Shown here: positions 38,191 through 48,767 of the stretch, piece after piece
How positions within the stretch are numbered: position 1 is the stretch's first letter
Layout of the letters: every line of letters starts with the position of its first letter
Virus record (IMG/VR): IMGVR_UViG_3300048998_000202
DNA: 64,000 nt
Reading direction: 5' to 3' (one strand)
Source: a virus
Taxonomy: Duplodnaviria; Caudoviricetes
Notes under the pieces: generated by a model
Told to the model about the DNA's origin: nothing
Seen by the model: the letters and a program-made list of their open reading frames with translations, nothing else
The model's database searches: none
Translations under genes and position numbers: made by a program

Positions 38191-39149
38191 CACGCCACCA
38201 CCGTGAACTTGCCGGACTCCGAGGCCAGGCCCTTCAGGCTGGTCTGGCCCGGGATGCCGTTCACGTCGGTGCCGGTCCAGCCCAGCTTGTGCTTCTTGCT
38301 GTACGCCTTCTGGTACGCGCTGTAGGCCGCGATCGTGGTCGTGCCGTAGGCCCCGTCGGCGGCGTACTTGCTGGAGAGGTAGCCGAGTTTGAGCAGAGCG
38401 GCCTCCACCGGCTTCACATCGGCCGGGTGGGAGGCGTGACCCTGGGACGCCTTGGGGTCGGCCTTCGCCGCCGTGATCAGGTTCTTCAAGGACACCGTGG
38501 GCTTGACCGCGCCCGTGACCGGGGTGGTGACGGTGTTGGGTCCGGCCTTGAGCAGGATCGAGGCGATCGGGAAGGCGCCGGGGTCGCCGTGCAGGTTCTC
38601 CGGGACGTGCTGGTGGCCGCAGTGGCCGGAGAAGGACTGCCACTTGGAGCCGGACATCCGGACGCCGTTGCCGGTGCCGTAGGCGGCCGGGTACGCCTTG
38701 AACGTCACGACCGACGTCAGGGGGACGCCGTTGGCGTCGTGCGCCCACTTGGCGAAGACGGCCAGGTCCCGGACCGCCCAGTCGGGCAGTTCCGCCATGT
38801 ACAGGTGGGGGGTGGTGCCCCACTTGGTGTGGGTGGCGGGGTCGCAGGTGCCGACGATCTCCACCTGGACGACGTTGAGGGTGTTGGTCTCCACGCCGCC
38901 GGTCAGGTTGACCAGGGCCCGGCTGGAGCGGTCGAAGTCGAAGTGCTGGTACCAGACCAACTTCTTGTTGGTGAAGTCCGGTACGGCGGTGAGGTTGGGG
39001 GCTACGGCACCGCTGGAGTAGTCGGGCAGCGAGGTGCCCTCGGTGGAGTGCCAGACGACGACCCTGGTCTCCATGACGCTGCTGGAGTACTTGTCCTGAT
39101 ACCAGTGGGCGGTGCTCGCGCCCGGGTACTTCTGAGGCCCTGTGGACAT
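38190..39149 (-). CDS. Endolysin (N-acetylmuramoyl-L-alanine amidase with peptidoglycan-binding domain)
   Basis: VVWHSTEG, VEIVG and GHQHVPENLHGDPG motifs; DGAYGTTT and NGIPGQTS binding motifs. Confidence 0.9.
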   Translation of the reverse strand: MSTGPQKYPGASTAHWYQDKYSSSVMETRVVVWHSTEGTSLPDYSSGAVAPNLTAVPDFTNKKLVWYQHFDFDRSSRALVNLTGGVETNTLNVVQVEIVGTCDPATHTKWGTTPHLYMAELPDWAVRDLAVFAKWAHDANGVPLTSVVTFKAYPAAYGTGNGVRMSGSKWQSFSGHCGHQHVPENLHGDPGAFPIASILLKAGPNTVTTPVTGAVKPTVSLKNLITAAKADPKASQGHASHPADVKPVEAALLKLGYLSSKYAADGAYGTTTIAAYSAYQKAYSKKHKLGWTGTDVNGIPGQTSLKGLASESGKFTVVA

Positions 39150-39221
39150 GGGCGCTCCTCTCCTCACCCTTTCAAAGGGGTTGAGGGGGTTCGAACAGGA
39201 TTCCGGCGTGGGGATCTGGTC

Positions 39222-40046
39222 CTACAGGCGTCGTCTTTCGAAGACTGTCGCGTAGAGCGCGGATGCCATGAACGGCAAGTCCTGGGGCCGGGTGGGGGTG
39301 CCCGAGGCGAGGAACCCGGCTCCGGTGGCCGTAGCGGGCGGACTGACGGAGTCGGTGGGTGTCGGTTCGGGGGGCGAAGAGGTGCAGGTGTAGGACGCTG
39401 ACGAGGTGTCGGAACCGTCGTCGGTGGTGCAGGTCTCCGTGGTTCCGTCACTGTGGTGGTAGGTGACGGTGCTGGGCATCGTTCCGGCTGGTCCGGGATC
39501 CCCTTGGGGTCCTGCCGGGCCCGGGTCGCCTTGCGGTCCTGCGGGCCCGGCCGCTCCGGTGGGTCCTGCCGGGCCCTGGGATCCGGGGTCTCCGGCGGTG
39601 CCGTCGGCTCCGCTGTTGCCATTCGCCCCGGGTGCGCCGGTAGGGCCAGCTTGACCGGCGGCACCCAGGGACCCCTCCGGGCCCGGATTACCGGCCGGAC
39701 CCGTGGGACCGGGAGGGCCGGTAGGGCCTGGAGGACCTGTTGGGCCCGGGATTCCCTGGGCTCCGTTTTGACCAGCAATACCGGCCGCGCCCGGTATTCC
39801 CTCGATGATCTTCTCCGCTGGTGGAGCGGAGGGGGTGATGCCGTTATCGGTGAGCTGCTTGCGGGATGAATCCAGGCTCTGGGACAGCTTCGTCACAGCC
39901 GTGGCGTTGTCGTTGGCTCGTTGGGTGGCGACCCGGATCTCGTGGGAGATGTAGATCCCACCCAGCACCATCATGAGGAAGACCGAGATGATGCTGATCT
40001 TGAGGATCCGCATCTGATGCCGGTCGAACCAGGTCGCCTTGTGCAT
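39222..40046 (-). CDS. Membrane-anchored collagen-like protein
   Basis: N-terminal TM segment, coiled coil, long Gly-X-Y tract. Confidence 0.75.
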   Translation of the reverse strand: MHKATWFDRHQMRILKISIISVFLMMVLGGIYISHEIRVATQRANDNATAVTKLSQSLDSSRKQLTDNGITPSAPPAEKIIEGIPGAAGIAGQNGAQGIPGPTGPPGPTGPPGPTGPAGNPGPEGSLGAAGQAGPTGAPGANGNSGADGTAGDPGSQGPAGPTGAAGPAGPQGDPGPAGPQGDPGPAGTMPSTVTYHHSDGTTETCTTDDGSDTSSASYTCTSSPPEPTPTDSVSPPATATGAGFLASGTPTRPQDLPFMASALYATVFERRRL

Positions 40047-40047
40047 C

Positions 40048-40386
40048 TCATGTACCGCCCTTGGAGGAGAAGTAGGCGCTCACGACGATGCCCAATAGCG
40101 TCAGCCCAAGTCCAGCCACCGCGAGGAGATAGTTCCGCACACTGGTCGGGCGACCCTCAAGGACCCCAACGCGGACCTTGAGGGCATTGTGCTCGCTCTG
40201 GTTCGCCTTGTCGTTGGTGTCCCGCTCCAGCTCGGTGAGGCGTCTCTCGTTGGCCCGCTGGTCAGCCATGTAGAGGGCCATCGGCACCATGTCCCGGGCG
40301 AGGCGTCCGTCCAGGGCGGCGTGCTGGTTGTCGTGACGGTCGACGTACCGGTTGAAGTCGTCCTTGCTCAGTGGATCAGTCGGCAC
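40048..40386 (-). CDS. Coiled-coil membrane protein (lysis-associated)
   Basis: C-terminal TM segment; in the lysis cassette. Confidence 0.65.
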   Translation of the reverse strand: MPTDPLSKDDFNRYVDRHDNQHAALDGRLARDMVPMALYMADQRANERRLTELERDTNDKANQSEHNALKVRVGVLEGRPTSVRNYLLAVAGLGLTLLGIVVSAYFSSKGGT

Positions 40387-40768
40387 GATGACCTCCGCTG
40401 GCGAACCGGCGGGACAGGGCGTAACGGAAGCAAGTCATGGCCCTCCCCCATCGGTCTAAACGGCTGGCCCTTCAATCTTTCAAGGCGCTGGATCGGTTGC
40501 TGACAGTACGACGAAGCCCCCGCACCAGAGGGTACGGGGGCTTCGTCTGTGGTGTCCTGCCAGAGATCACCAGGTCCTCCACCACTGTAGACCCGGTACC
40601 AGAGAAGAGAGCAAGGCAATCGGTACGGACGTGGTCAAGGACACCCACGTACCTATCGGAAATAGGTGCCGTTAATGTGACGCGTCGTGAGTCATCGTTT
40701 CCGACGGTGGCGGTCGGGGATTTAAAAATCTCTTGTAGGAGATGCTCCGGTAATCGTTGGTTTTTAGT

Positions 40769-40963
40769 TCAACCTCTCCAGTGCCGACGCGGGTTGATGG
40801 GGATCCGATAACCGTCGGCCTCCTCCTGGAGGATCTTGTCCCCACGCCTGCATCTGTCCCGCACGTAGCGCAGGGCCGCATCCTGGGTGGGAAACTCCTC
40901 CCGGATGCGGCCCTGCGTCACCGACCACTGGCCGCCGTCCTCTTTGATCACCCAGGCGGCCAT
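40769..40963 (-). CDS. Small hypothetical protein
   Basis: RBS GGAAGGA; 64 aa. Confidence 0.6.
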   Translation of the reverse strand: MAAWVIKEDGGQWSVTQGRIREEFPTQDAALRYVRDRCRRGDKILQEEADGYRIPINPRRHWRG

Positions 40964-40976
40964 GGCGTCCTTCCGT

Positions 40977-41168
40977 TCAACAGGCGAGGTGGTAGACCCT
41001 CCAGGCCCCGGCGGCCTTCTCCAGGCGCCCCGTCCCGGCGTCCACGCGGTGGCCGCAGCCCTTGTCGCAAAGCTTGGCGAACTTGTTCGGCACGATCTTG
41101 GCCGTCACCGTACGCGGTGCATTGCCCTCGGCGAGAGCGGCCAGTTCGGGATCGAGAAAGAACGCCAT
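40977..41168 (-). CDS. Small Zn-binding hypothetical protein
   Basis: RBS GGAGG; own promoter at 41201-41230; CDKGC and HLAC. Confidence 0.6.
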   Translation of the reverse strand: MAFFLDPELAALAEGNAPRTVTAKIVPNKFAKLCDKGCGHRVDAGTGRLEKAAGAWRVYHLAC

Positions 41169-41234
41169 GATGGCCTCCAGTGGAGTCGGGTACTGCTCCC
41201 AGCGTACTCCAAGGATTCTTGGAGTGACAAGGGG

Positions 41235-41633
41235 TTAGAGCATGGCGCGCAGGAGGGTGTTGAGGTCGGCCGGGGACAGGTCCTCCCCGTTGCCCAGGCG
41301 CTCGCGCAGCTCACTGACCTTGCGGTCGGTGTCGCTCATCCCGTAGTAGGGGTCGGGGGTGTGAGCAGTCACGACATCCTGTACGGCGTCCATGTCGGTG
41401 TCGCCGAGAATGTACAAGGCCCGGCCGCTGTCGTCACCGGTCAGTACGACCTGGTAGGCGTTGCGATCGCCGAGGTGGGCGTAGACCTCTTCGATGAGCT
41501 GGCGCTGGTGGACGTCTCCGGTGACCTCCAGGACCTGGGCGTGGCCGTCGAAGGGGATGTGGCCGTCCTGTGGCGGGACGAGCATGCCCTCGACGTCCTC
41601 TTCGACGGCGTCTTTGTCGATGTTCACGGCCAT
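41235..41633 (-). CDS. Hypothetical protein
   Basis: 132 aa, overlaps the polyprotein stop. Confidence 0.65.
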   Translation of the reverse strand: MAVNIDKDAVEEDVEGMLVPPQDGHIPFDGHAQVLEVTGDVHQRQLIEEVYAHLGDRNAYQVVLTGDDSGRALYILGDTDMDAVQDVVTAHTPDPYYGMSDTDRKVSELRERLGNGEDLSPADLNTLLRAML

Positions 41634-44600
41634 GTCGGGTCCTCGTCTTCGTCAAGGGCGGCGTAATGGGTGTCGGCGATGTCGAGCCGGTCCAGGTTGG
41701 CGGCCTGCACGCTCGCGCCCTCGTTGATGATCGCAGCCTGCTCGTGGGGGCTGTAGTTCTTCAGCGCCAGCTTGGAGAGCATCGCACGGGCCTGGAGTGC
41801 GATCTCGGCCCCGTCTCCGGTGCCCCGTACGGGGCTTGAGGAGCCGTCAGAGGACAGGTAGGAGGCGTGGCTCTGGAACTGGGCGATGAGGTCCTCCAGG
41901 GACCCCACAGCGGCCGTACGGGGCGGGGTGAGGGATTCGTCGTCGGTCAGGTCCAGGCCGTCGCCGTCGGTGAAGGGCAGGGCGCCTTCGGGTTCCATGT
42001 GAAGGGTGGCCTCGGCGCCAGGGGTGAGCTCCTGGTGCTCGGGCATACCGGGGTGTCCCGGGGGCATGGCGCCGCCCTCCCCTCCCTTGGGGCCGGAGGG
42101 GCGGGGCGGTCCGAATCCCTCCCCGAGCATGGAGATCGCCTCCGAGGTCATCGGGACGTCCCTCAGGGCCCGCCAGTACGCCGTCACGCCGTTCTCCAGG
42201 GGGGTGTCCTCGGTGCCGGGGCTGGAGGCCAGGGGGTCGTCGGACTGGGCGATCTGCTGGGGGATGGACGCGATCCGGTCGCCCAGTTCGTTGGGGGTGA
42301 TGGATCCCCAGTTGTCGGGGTCGGACTGGGAGGCCCAGCCGGTGGAGCCGGGGTTCTCGGCGAGGTTGCGGGGCTTGGTGGGACCCGGGGTGTAGTTCGG
42401 TGCGGCCGGAGTGGGCTCTCCCCAGGGGGAGTTGATCGCGGCCTCGTGGTGGGCGCCGTCAGGGAAGTCGTGCCGCACCCAGTCCCCGTTGCCGCGAGGG
42501 CGCCAGGAAACGCCCTTGAGGTGGACGGGAGCACCGGCTTTCAGAGGGACCTCGGCGTCGTCGTGGTCACCCATGGAGATGACGTCTTGTGCGACCAGTT
42601 CTTCGGGGTCGGTCTCGATGTGCTTCTTGGCCGGGGTGTGGGCGTGCAGCACCACATGGGTGTTGTTGTCACGACTGTCGCTGACGCCTGAGTAGTGGGC
42701 GGCCTGGTCCTTGTCCGGCGTCCAGTGCGTCCCGAGTCCCTGGTCCGAGAGATGCGTCGAGAGGGCCTGGGCTCGCTCCGCGACCGGCCGGGAATCGTCG
42801 TGCACCACGCTGTGCACGTCCGACGGCAAGTGGACCGCCATGCCCCGGTGCAGGGTGTCCCCCAGGCGTGGGTGGATGGAGTCCCAGTCGGTGTAGACGG
42901 ACTCGTGGGCCCGCTTGGTCTCGCCGTCGGAGTGCTCACCGTCGTAGCAGTGCTTGTTGTGGCACTGGTAGACGGGATCGCCCCATTCGTCACGGTGGAA
43001 GCGAGACCCCTCCTCGTCCTCCTCATACTCCGGTTCGTGGTGGTCGGGTTCGTCTTGCTCTTGGGCTGCCGTCAGGCCGTGCATGCCCAGCAGGAACGCG
43101 AACTCCTCGGGGTCGTGACCCTGGGCGCGGGACCACTGGGCGAGCGCCACCAGCGGAGTGACCTCGATCTCCCGGGCAGAAGACCGCACCAGCTTGTTGT
43201 CGCCGGAATCGATGTCGTAGCGAAGGACGACCTTCTTCGGCACCCACTCCGGCTTGGCCGAGTCCTCGGTGACGTCCCTGCCGAACATCCCCCGGGACTG
43301 GGCCTCGTACTGGAGGGCCAGAGCGTGGGAGCACATGCGCCCGGCGAACCGCGAGAAGTCGTCGTTGGCGCCCCAGTGGTAAGCGCCCCACTTGCAGCCG
43401 CAGGTGTACGTGGCCACCGAGTGCCGGGAGCCGGGGAAGCGCTGTACCCCGGTCTCGTAGACATGGTGGTCCCCCTGGACCTCGCCGAAGACCACGCCGT
43501 CCGAGGCGAGGGTGATGCGGACCTTGCCCTCGGAGCGGATGCGCTTGGCCTTGCGCTGGACATCGGCCCACGCCGAGGTGAAGTGGAACCGGAACTCGGG
43601 GTCGATTCCGGCTTCGGCGATCAGCGCGTACGGATTGAACGCGGCCTTCTTGCGGCCGTTAGTCGGGCGCCCGTCCTCGTCCCACTCGGTGCCGTCGTCA
43701 TAGGTACCGCCGGAGCCCGTCATGGCGTCGGCGTCAGTAGACCCCTGAGAGATGATCTCCTCCTCCGGGGCCTCGTCGGCTATGTCGGCGAACGAGCCGT
43801 CCTGCTGGTTGGCCTGCTTACGCTGCACCTTCGGGGGCTCGTAGTCCTCGTCCCCCGGGTCCCGGGCCAGGCGGTGCGGTTTGGCCCCGGGGAAGAACAG
43901 GTGCTTGTGGTCGATCCAGTCCCCGACGCGCTTGACGTTGTTCAACAGCGGCTCGCCATCGTGGCCCACCCCCACCATGTGACCCTGGACGAGGTGGCCC
44001 GTCTCCGAGGGCCGGTCATTGCCGTTGAACCTGTTTCTCTCGGCACGAGCAGCCCGACCCTGCATCTCCTCGTGGGTGTCATTGCCGTACTCGTCGTTGA
44101 AGGCGTCCATATTGCAGTTGTCGTCGCAGTACTCGTCGTGCTCGTGCCCACGGGAGTAGTTCGAATCCGGGTCCACGGGGTGTCCATGGTGGTCCAGGTC
44201 GTAGACGCTGACGCCGTCTTCCTTGGCCCCGGTGACATTGTTGGTGGACCGCTCGTCCGCGCGCCAGTCCCCGAAGCGAAGGTAGGTCGGCGAGGGTTCC
44301 GCCGCTCCCAGACGACGCTCGGCGGTGCCGTAGTCGTGCAGGTTCACCGCCCCGATGTGCAGAGCACCGTCGTCGGTGACCTTGTGCACGATGCGGTGAC
44401 CCCGGGACGCCTTGGTGGCGTACCAGCCCTTCAGCGGATGCCGCAGATCATGCGTCTGAAGGTTCGGGGCCCCAGCGGCCAGGGCGTCGATGGTGGCGCC
44501 GATCTGCTTCTGGGAGGGCTTGTCGAGCTTGCCCAGCTCCTTGGCGGCAGCCGGGTGGAAGGTTACAGGCCGAGATTCAGCCGGAGCTGCTCCCACTTCA

Positions 44601-47251
44601 CCGGGGGCTCCTGGCTGTTCTCCCGCTCCTGCATCGTCTTGACCAGATCCGGGTCGGGTTCGAGGCTTCCCACGACCCGCAGTCCGTCCTCCGTCATGTA
44701 CGCCATGGGGCTCGCCTCCGCTCTGCTCATCAAGTCCACCCTCCAGGGTACTCCAGGAATTGTTGGGGTGCAACGTCTCCACGAAGGCACCCTCGGCCGA
44801 CATCTGCCCGTAGTGCGACCCGTCCACCAGGTGGTGGTGGGTGTACTGGCTCGGGTACGACGGCGGGTACTGGGTGTCCGGGTCGGCCGCGCCCTCGGCC
44901 CACGAGATGCCGTGGTGCAGGCCGCCGTTGCCCTCGTGGCCGTGCAGGATCACGTGCGTGGGCGGGTGCGGGTGCGCCCCCTGCTCGTGCAGGGCGTCCG
45001 CATCCACGTCCGCGTCGATCTCCGCGTCGGAGGGGTCCTCGTGGTCGTCGTTGAACAGGTGCGCGTTGCCGACCTTGGAGTACAGGTGCCGCGCCCGATC
45101 CACCATCGGCTTGGACTTGTCGTGGACGAAGGCGTGGTCCTCGGGGCTCAGGTGCACCGCCGCGCCCGTGTGGGTCTCCGGGGCGGGCTTGGGCTCCAGC
45201 AGGTGCACGCCCTGCGCCTGGTGCTCCTCCTGGAGGGCCTGGGCGTCGGAGTGCGAGACGTGCTCGCCCGAGGGCAGGTGGAAGTCCGCCTTCTTGATCG
45301 GCGGCCCGTGGTAGCCCTGCTCGTTCGGGTCGTTGTGGTCGGTCCACACGTGCTCGCCCGGCACGTGTGCGGTCAGCACCGGCCAGTCGTTCTCCGGGTC
45401 GTTGTCGTTCGCGGCGTGCTCGTGGGCGTAGTCGGGGCTGGTGGAGACCCAGTCGCCCTTGTTGATGTCGTGTATCCCGTGCGGGACGGCCCGGTAGATC
45501 TGGATGTGCCCGTGGTCCCCGAAGTGGCTGTGGCCCTCGTCCGGACCGGGCGCCTGGTGCATCATCGAGTACTCACCGGCCGTGACGTGGTGCGCCCAGG
45601 GGGCATCCGTCTCCCGGCCCTCGTGTCCCCACACCGGCTTGGACACCGCCGTCACCCCTGTGATGTGCACCGGAGCGCCCGTACGGACCGTGCGCTCCTG
45701 CTCGTGGCCACCGTCGAAGATCTCGTGCTGATCAGCGTAGTCCTGCCACTCCGGAGTGCCGTGCTGCACGACGTGCTCGGGATCCACCCGGCCGTGCAGG
45801 ATCACCCCGTGGGTGTGCGGGGTGGCGTCGTCCTCGTCCTCCTCGTGGGCCAGGGCGAAGTTGTGCGAGGTGTACGGGTCGGTGGACCAGTGGATGCCCG
45901 CCTCGTGCCCCCGGAAGCCCTTCTGGTTCAGGTAGCCGACCGGATCGGCGTGCAGGCGCTCCACGTCCTCGTCGCTGGCCAGCCCCAGGTTCAGCCCCCG
46001 GTGGACCTCCTCGCCGCCGACGGAGCCGTGGACCGTACGTCCCTTCTGCACAGTCTTGCCCCGGGTGTAGCTGTCCCACCACGCCTTGCCGTCGTTCGTA
46101 CGCTCGCCGTGGTCGATCGCGTGGGGGTGACGACGCTGCATCTCATCCATGAGTGCGGACGCGACCCCCTTGCCCCGGTGCGCCTCGGCAGTGTCGAGAC
46201 CCTCCACCCGGACCTTCTGGTTCTTCTTGAACGGCACCAGGTAGGTCAGCGTGCCCATGTGCTCGCCGGTCTCCGGGTGCAGCGCGTGGAGCTTGACCCT
46301 GTCGTCGAAGGTGCTGCCGCCATAGTCGGCGGTATCGGCAGTGAAGGTCGGCTGCACCTTCTCGGCCGCCGCGTATTTGGCTACACTCGCAGTACCCCGA
46401 AGAAAGGCGCTGTCGTGGCCCGCTCCCCCATGCCCATCCTCGAACGCTTCCTGAGCCACGTCGATGCGTCGCCTGATCCCGAAACCTGCGACATGTGGAA
46501 CGCCCGGACGAACCGCCTCGGGTACGGCCAGTTCTGGGACGGCACCTACACCGCCTCCGAACGCCCCCGGATGGTCGATGCCCACCGATGGATCTACCTC
46601 CACACCCATGGACCCACGCGCCTGCATGTACGCCACACGTGCGACATACGCGCCTGCGTCAAGCTCGGGCATCTCATATCCGGCACCCAAGCCGACAACA
46701 TGCGAGACCGCGACTCCCGAGGCCGGGGCGTCGTACCCGACATGCGGGGTTTCGCCCGAGGCCACGGCACCAAACTCACCGCTGAGCAGGTGCTGGAGAT
46801 TCGCACTCGCGCCACCGGCCAGTGGGGAGAACAGCGCCGCCTCGCCCGGGAGTTCGGAGTGGGTCATCAGACCATCAGCGCGATCCTCTCCGGAAGGCGC
46901 TGGGCGGAGTGATCCCATGTGGACGGGCAGCGCGATGTCGGGCCTGTCGCGCAGTACGTCCGTGAGTTCTTCGTAGTCCTCAGAGGCCAGATGCCCCCCT
47001 GCCGCCTGCCGGGTGCCAGTGGAGTACGGAGAGAGCTGTGAAGGCCCGTACAGGCCCCGTCCAGCCCCACCGTCCAGGATGACGTCATACTCCTCCCCCA
47101 AGGCCGGGGAGTAAGTGACCTCCTCCACCCGCCCGGGGATCCCGTCAACCGTCATCACCCGCTGACCTTGGGAGTACTCGGTGGGGTAGTCCCCCGCCGC
47201 CATGCGCGACAGCGCGGTGTCGTGTGCGCTTTCGCGGCGTCCCAGCCCCAT
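41624..47251 (-). CDS. Polyvalent head-associated polyprotein (GNAT, 3-4 ART-like, RelE-like, SWIM domains)
   Basis: [11 protein letters not shown]; VHRG..HWST..EQE; IYRA..WVSTS..NEQ; LHRG..HWT..DAEV; RelE-like segment; YTCGC..MCSH. Confidence 0.75.
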   Translation of the reverse strand: MGLGRRESAHDTALSRMAAGDYPTEYSQGQRVMTVDGIPGRVEEVTYSPALGEEYDVILDGGAGRGLYGPSQLSPYSTGTRQAAGGHLASEDYEELTDVLRDRPDIALPVHMGSLRPAPSGEDRADGLMTHSELPGEAALFSPLAGGASANLQHLLSGEFGAVASGETPHVGYDAPASGVAVSHVVGLGAGYEMPELDAGAYVARVAYMQARGSMGVEVDPSVGIDHPGAFGGGVGAVPELAVPEAVRPGVPHVAGFGIRRRIDVAQEAFEDGHGGAGHDSAFLRGTASVAKYAAAEKVQPTFTADTADYGGSTFDDRVKLHALHPETGEHMGTLTYLVPFKKNQKVRVEGLDTAEAHRGKGVASALMDEMQRRHPHAIDHGERTNDGKAWWDSYTRGKTVQKGRTVHGSVGGEEVHRGLNLGLASDEDVERLHADPVGYLNQKGFRGHEAGIHWSTDPYTSHNFALAHEEDEDDATPHTHGVILHGRVDPEHVVQHGTPEWQDYADQHEIFDGGHEQERTVRTGAPVHITGVTAVSKPVWGHEGRETDAPWAHHVTAGEYSMMHQAPGPDEGHSHFGDHGHIQIYRAVPHGIHDINKGDWVSTSPDYAHEHAANDNDPENDWPVLTAHVPGEHVWTDHNDPNEQGYHGPPIKKADFHLPSGEHVSHSDAQALQEEHQAQGVHLLEPKPAPETHTGAAVHLSPEDHAFVHDKSKPMVDRARHLYSKVGNAHLFNDDHEDPSDAEIDADVDADALHEQGAHPHPPTHVILHGHEGNGGLHHGISWAEGAADPDTQYPPSYPSQYTHHHLVDGSHYGQMSAEGAFVETLHPNNSWSTLEGGLDEQSGGEPHGVHDGGRTAGRGKPRTRPGSGQDDAGAGEQPGAPGEVGAAPAESRPVTFHPAAAKELGKLDKPSQKQIGATIDALAAGAPNLQTHDLRHPLKGWYATKASRGHRIVHKVTDDGALHIGAVNLHDYGTAERRLGAAEPSPTYLRFGDWRADERSTNNVTGAKEDGVSVYDLDHHGHPVDPDSNYSRGHEHDEYCDDNCNMDAFNDEYGNDTHEEMQGRAARAERNRFNGNDRPSETGHLVQGHMVGVGHDGEPLLNNVKRVGDWIDHKHLFFPGAKPHRLARDPGDEDYEPPKVQRKQANQQDGSFADIADEAPEEEIISQGSTDADAMTGSGGTYDDGTEWDEDGRPTNGRKKAAFNPYALIAEAGIDPEFRFHFTSAWADVQRKAKRIRSEGKVRITLASDGVVFGEVQGDHHVYETGVQRFPGSRHSVATYTCGCKWGAYHWGANDDFSRFAGRMCSHALALQYEAQSRGMFGRDVTEDSAKPEWVPKKVVLRYDIDSGDNKLVRSSAREIEVTPLVALAQWSRAQGHDPEEFAFLLGMHGLTAAQEQDEPDHHEPEYEEDEEGSRFHRDEWGDPVYQCHNKHCYDGEHSDGETKRAHESVYTDWDSIHPRLGDTLHRGMAVHLPSDVHSVVHDDSRPVAERAQALSTHLSDQGLGTHWTPDKDQAAHYSGVSDSRDNNTHVVLHAHTPAKKHIETDPEELVAQDVISMGDHDDAEVPLKAGAPVHLKGVSWRPRGNGDWVRHDFPDGAHHEAAINSPWGEPTPAAPNYTPGPTKPRNLAENPGSTGWASQSDPDNWGSITPNELGDRIASIPQQIAQSDDPLASSPGTEDTPLENGVTAYWRALRDVPMTSEAISMLGEGFGPPRPSGPKGGEGGAMPPGHPGMPEHQELTPGAEATLHMEPEGALPFTDGDGLDLTDDESLTPPRTAAVGSLEDLIAQFQSHASYLSSDGSSSPVRGTGDGAEIALQARAMLSKLALKNYSPHEQAAIINEGASVQAANLDRLDIADTHYAALDEDEDPTWP
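44563..44730 (-). CDS. Overprinted antitoxin-like small protein (alternate frame inside the polyprotein)
   Basis: [12 protein letters not shown]...[14 protein letters not shown]; alternative start 44706 with GGAGG; promoter motif at 44745-44774; ends at the start of the RelE-like domain. Confidence 0.55.
   Translation of the reverse strand: MSRAEASPMAYMTEDGLRVVGSLEPDPDLVKTMQERENSQEPPVKWEQLRLNLGL
46415..46912 (+). mobile_element. HNH homing endonuclease nested antisense in the polyprotein gene
   Basis: [33 protein letters not shown] plus C-terminal HTH; GTG start after AGAAAGG. Confidence 0.85.
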
Positions 47252-47312
47252 GCGTCCTCCTACCGATCCTCACACCTTCCCGGCACTGGACGTGACTAGG
47301 ACAGCAGCGCCC

Positions 47313-48707
47313 TCAACCCACACGACCGCCGACGTTGGCGTGACGGACCACGGTATTACTGGCGCTGGCCGCGCTCCACTGCCACGTGATCACCAGATCG
47401 TTCGAAATCGTGGTGTTGAACGTTGACGTCGCCGTGGGAAAGATGATCTGGTTCGCCCCGATCGAGCCGACAACGGTCAGCGTCTGGTTCTGCCAGAAGG
47501 CATTCGTGCACGTGCCCGATCCCCCGGTCGTCAAGCATACGAAATCGGCCTCCGCGATCACGCCCTTGTTCGCCACGTTGGACGAAGTGACGGTCGGGCC
47601 CATCGTCGACAGAAGTGTCCCGGCGATTCCCCCCAGATACAGCCGCAGCGTGTAGGAGGGAGTACCCGTGACAGAACCCCGCAGCAACGTCCTCATGTGG
47701 TAGACGGCGCCTGCCGTCGCGTCGTTCGCAGGAATCGTCAACGTGGCCACCACCGTCTCCGTGATGGAGTTGCTGATGGTCTGCATCGACGCAGGAGACG
47801 GCACAGTGAACTGCCGGATCTGAGTGGCGAGGACCTTACTGTCCGTATCCAACGTGGCCACCCCGGAAGCGACCGCGAGCTGACTGGTGGGGACGGCATT
47901 GATATTCGCAGGAGTGACCGAAACAACGCCCTGCGACCCGTTGACCGACGTGACCCCAGCATGAACGTGATCACCCCGCGCCGCGCTGTTCGTCGCACCG
48001 GCCGCATTGGCCGACCCGATGGCCACGATGGTGCCGGTAGAGCTGTAGAGCTGCTGGGCGCCGTTGAGCTTGCTGGCGCCGTCCAGCCCCGGCACACCAC
48101 CCGAAGCGTTCTTCGAGGCGCTCGCAATATACAGAGTGGTCAGATCCGGAATCTGCGACAGAGGGATCTTGGTACTGCCGTCCAGAGAGGCGACGCCACT
48201 GGCCGCCGCCTTCTGGGTCACCGCCACGTACATACTGCTCAGGTCCGGAATCTGGGCAGTAGGCACCTTCGTGGAACCGTCCAGAGAGGCGACGCCGCTC
48301 GCTGCCGCCTTCTGGGTCGTCGCGATGTACGTCGCCGATAGATCCGGGATGCGGGCCGTGCCGAAGGTCCCCGAGGAGACCTGGGACGCCGGGAGGGGCG
48401 GCACCTGGGCCACGGGGACCAGCGTGCCGGAGTCCAGGGATGCCACCCCATTGGCCGCCGCCCGGGACGTCTTGGCGACATAAGTGGCATCGGTGAAGAT
48501 CTGGTCCACCGCGCCGACGGTGCTCGCGTCCAGTTCGACGTTCCCGATCAGTCCGTTGACGGAGGTGACGCCCTCTACGATCGTCGAAGGCAGCTCCGAG
48601 GACGGGATCTTCCCGTCCGATCCGAGACTGGCCACACCGCTCGCCGCACCGATCTGGGCGGAAGTAACGAAATCCGATGTGTCGTCCACCGTCAGGTGCT
48701 TAGGCAT
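47313..48707 (-). CDS. Fibre-like virion protein with GVASLD repeats
   Basis: About six AASGVASLDGSTK(V/I)P..QIPDL repeats. Confidence 0.7.
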   Translation of the reverse strand: MPKHLTVDDTSDFVTSAQIGAASGVASLGSDGKIPSSELPSTIVEGVTSVNGLIGNVELDASTVGAVDQIFTDATYVAKTSRAAANGVASLDSGTLVPVAQVPPLPASQVSSGTFGTARIPDLSATYIATTQKAAASGVASLDGSTKVPTAQIPDLSSMYVAVTQKAAASGVASLDGSTKIPLSQIPDLTTLYIASASKNASGGVPGLDGASKLNGAQQLYSSTGTIVAIGSANAAGATNSAARGDHVHAGVTSVNGSQGVVSVTPANINAVPTSQLAVASGVATLDTDSKVLATQIRQFTVPSPASMQTISNSITETVVATLTIPANDATAGAVYHMRTLLRGSVTGTPSYTLRLYLGGIAGTLLSTMGPTVTSSNVANKGVIAEADFVCLTTGGSGTCTNAFWQNQTLTVVGSIGANQIIFPTATSTFNTTISNDLVITWQWSAASASNTVVRHANVGGRVG

Positions 48708-48767
48708 GAGCTGCCACCTCCGGGCAGGTGTGCTGGTCGCGGGGTTGGTCGGGAGTGCGGGAGTGCA

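Noticed and set aside
39164-39778. Alternate-frame 204-aa ORF
   Set aside because: It is an out-of-frame reading of the collagen repeat.
42695-46414. 1405-aa + strand ORF as a real gene
   Set aside because: It is an antisense shadow of the polyprotein; only the last 166 codons (HNH) have motifs and an RBS.
46380-46915. Group I intron or intein around the nested HNH
   Set aside because: The HNH is antisense, the insert leaves little room for a ribozyme core, and no intein terminal motifs were seen.
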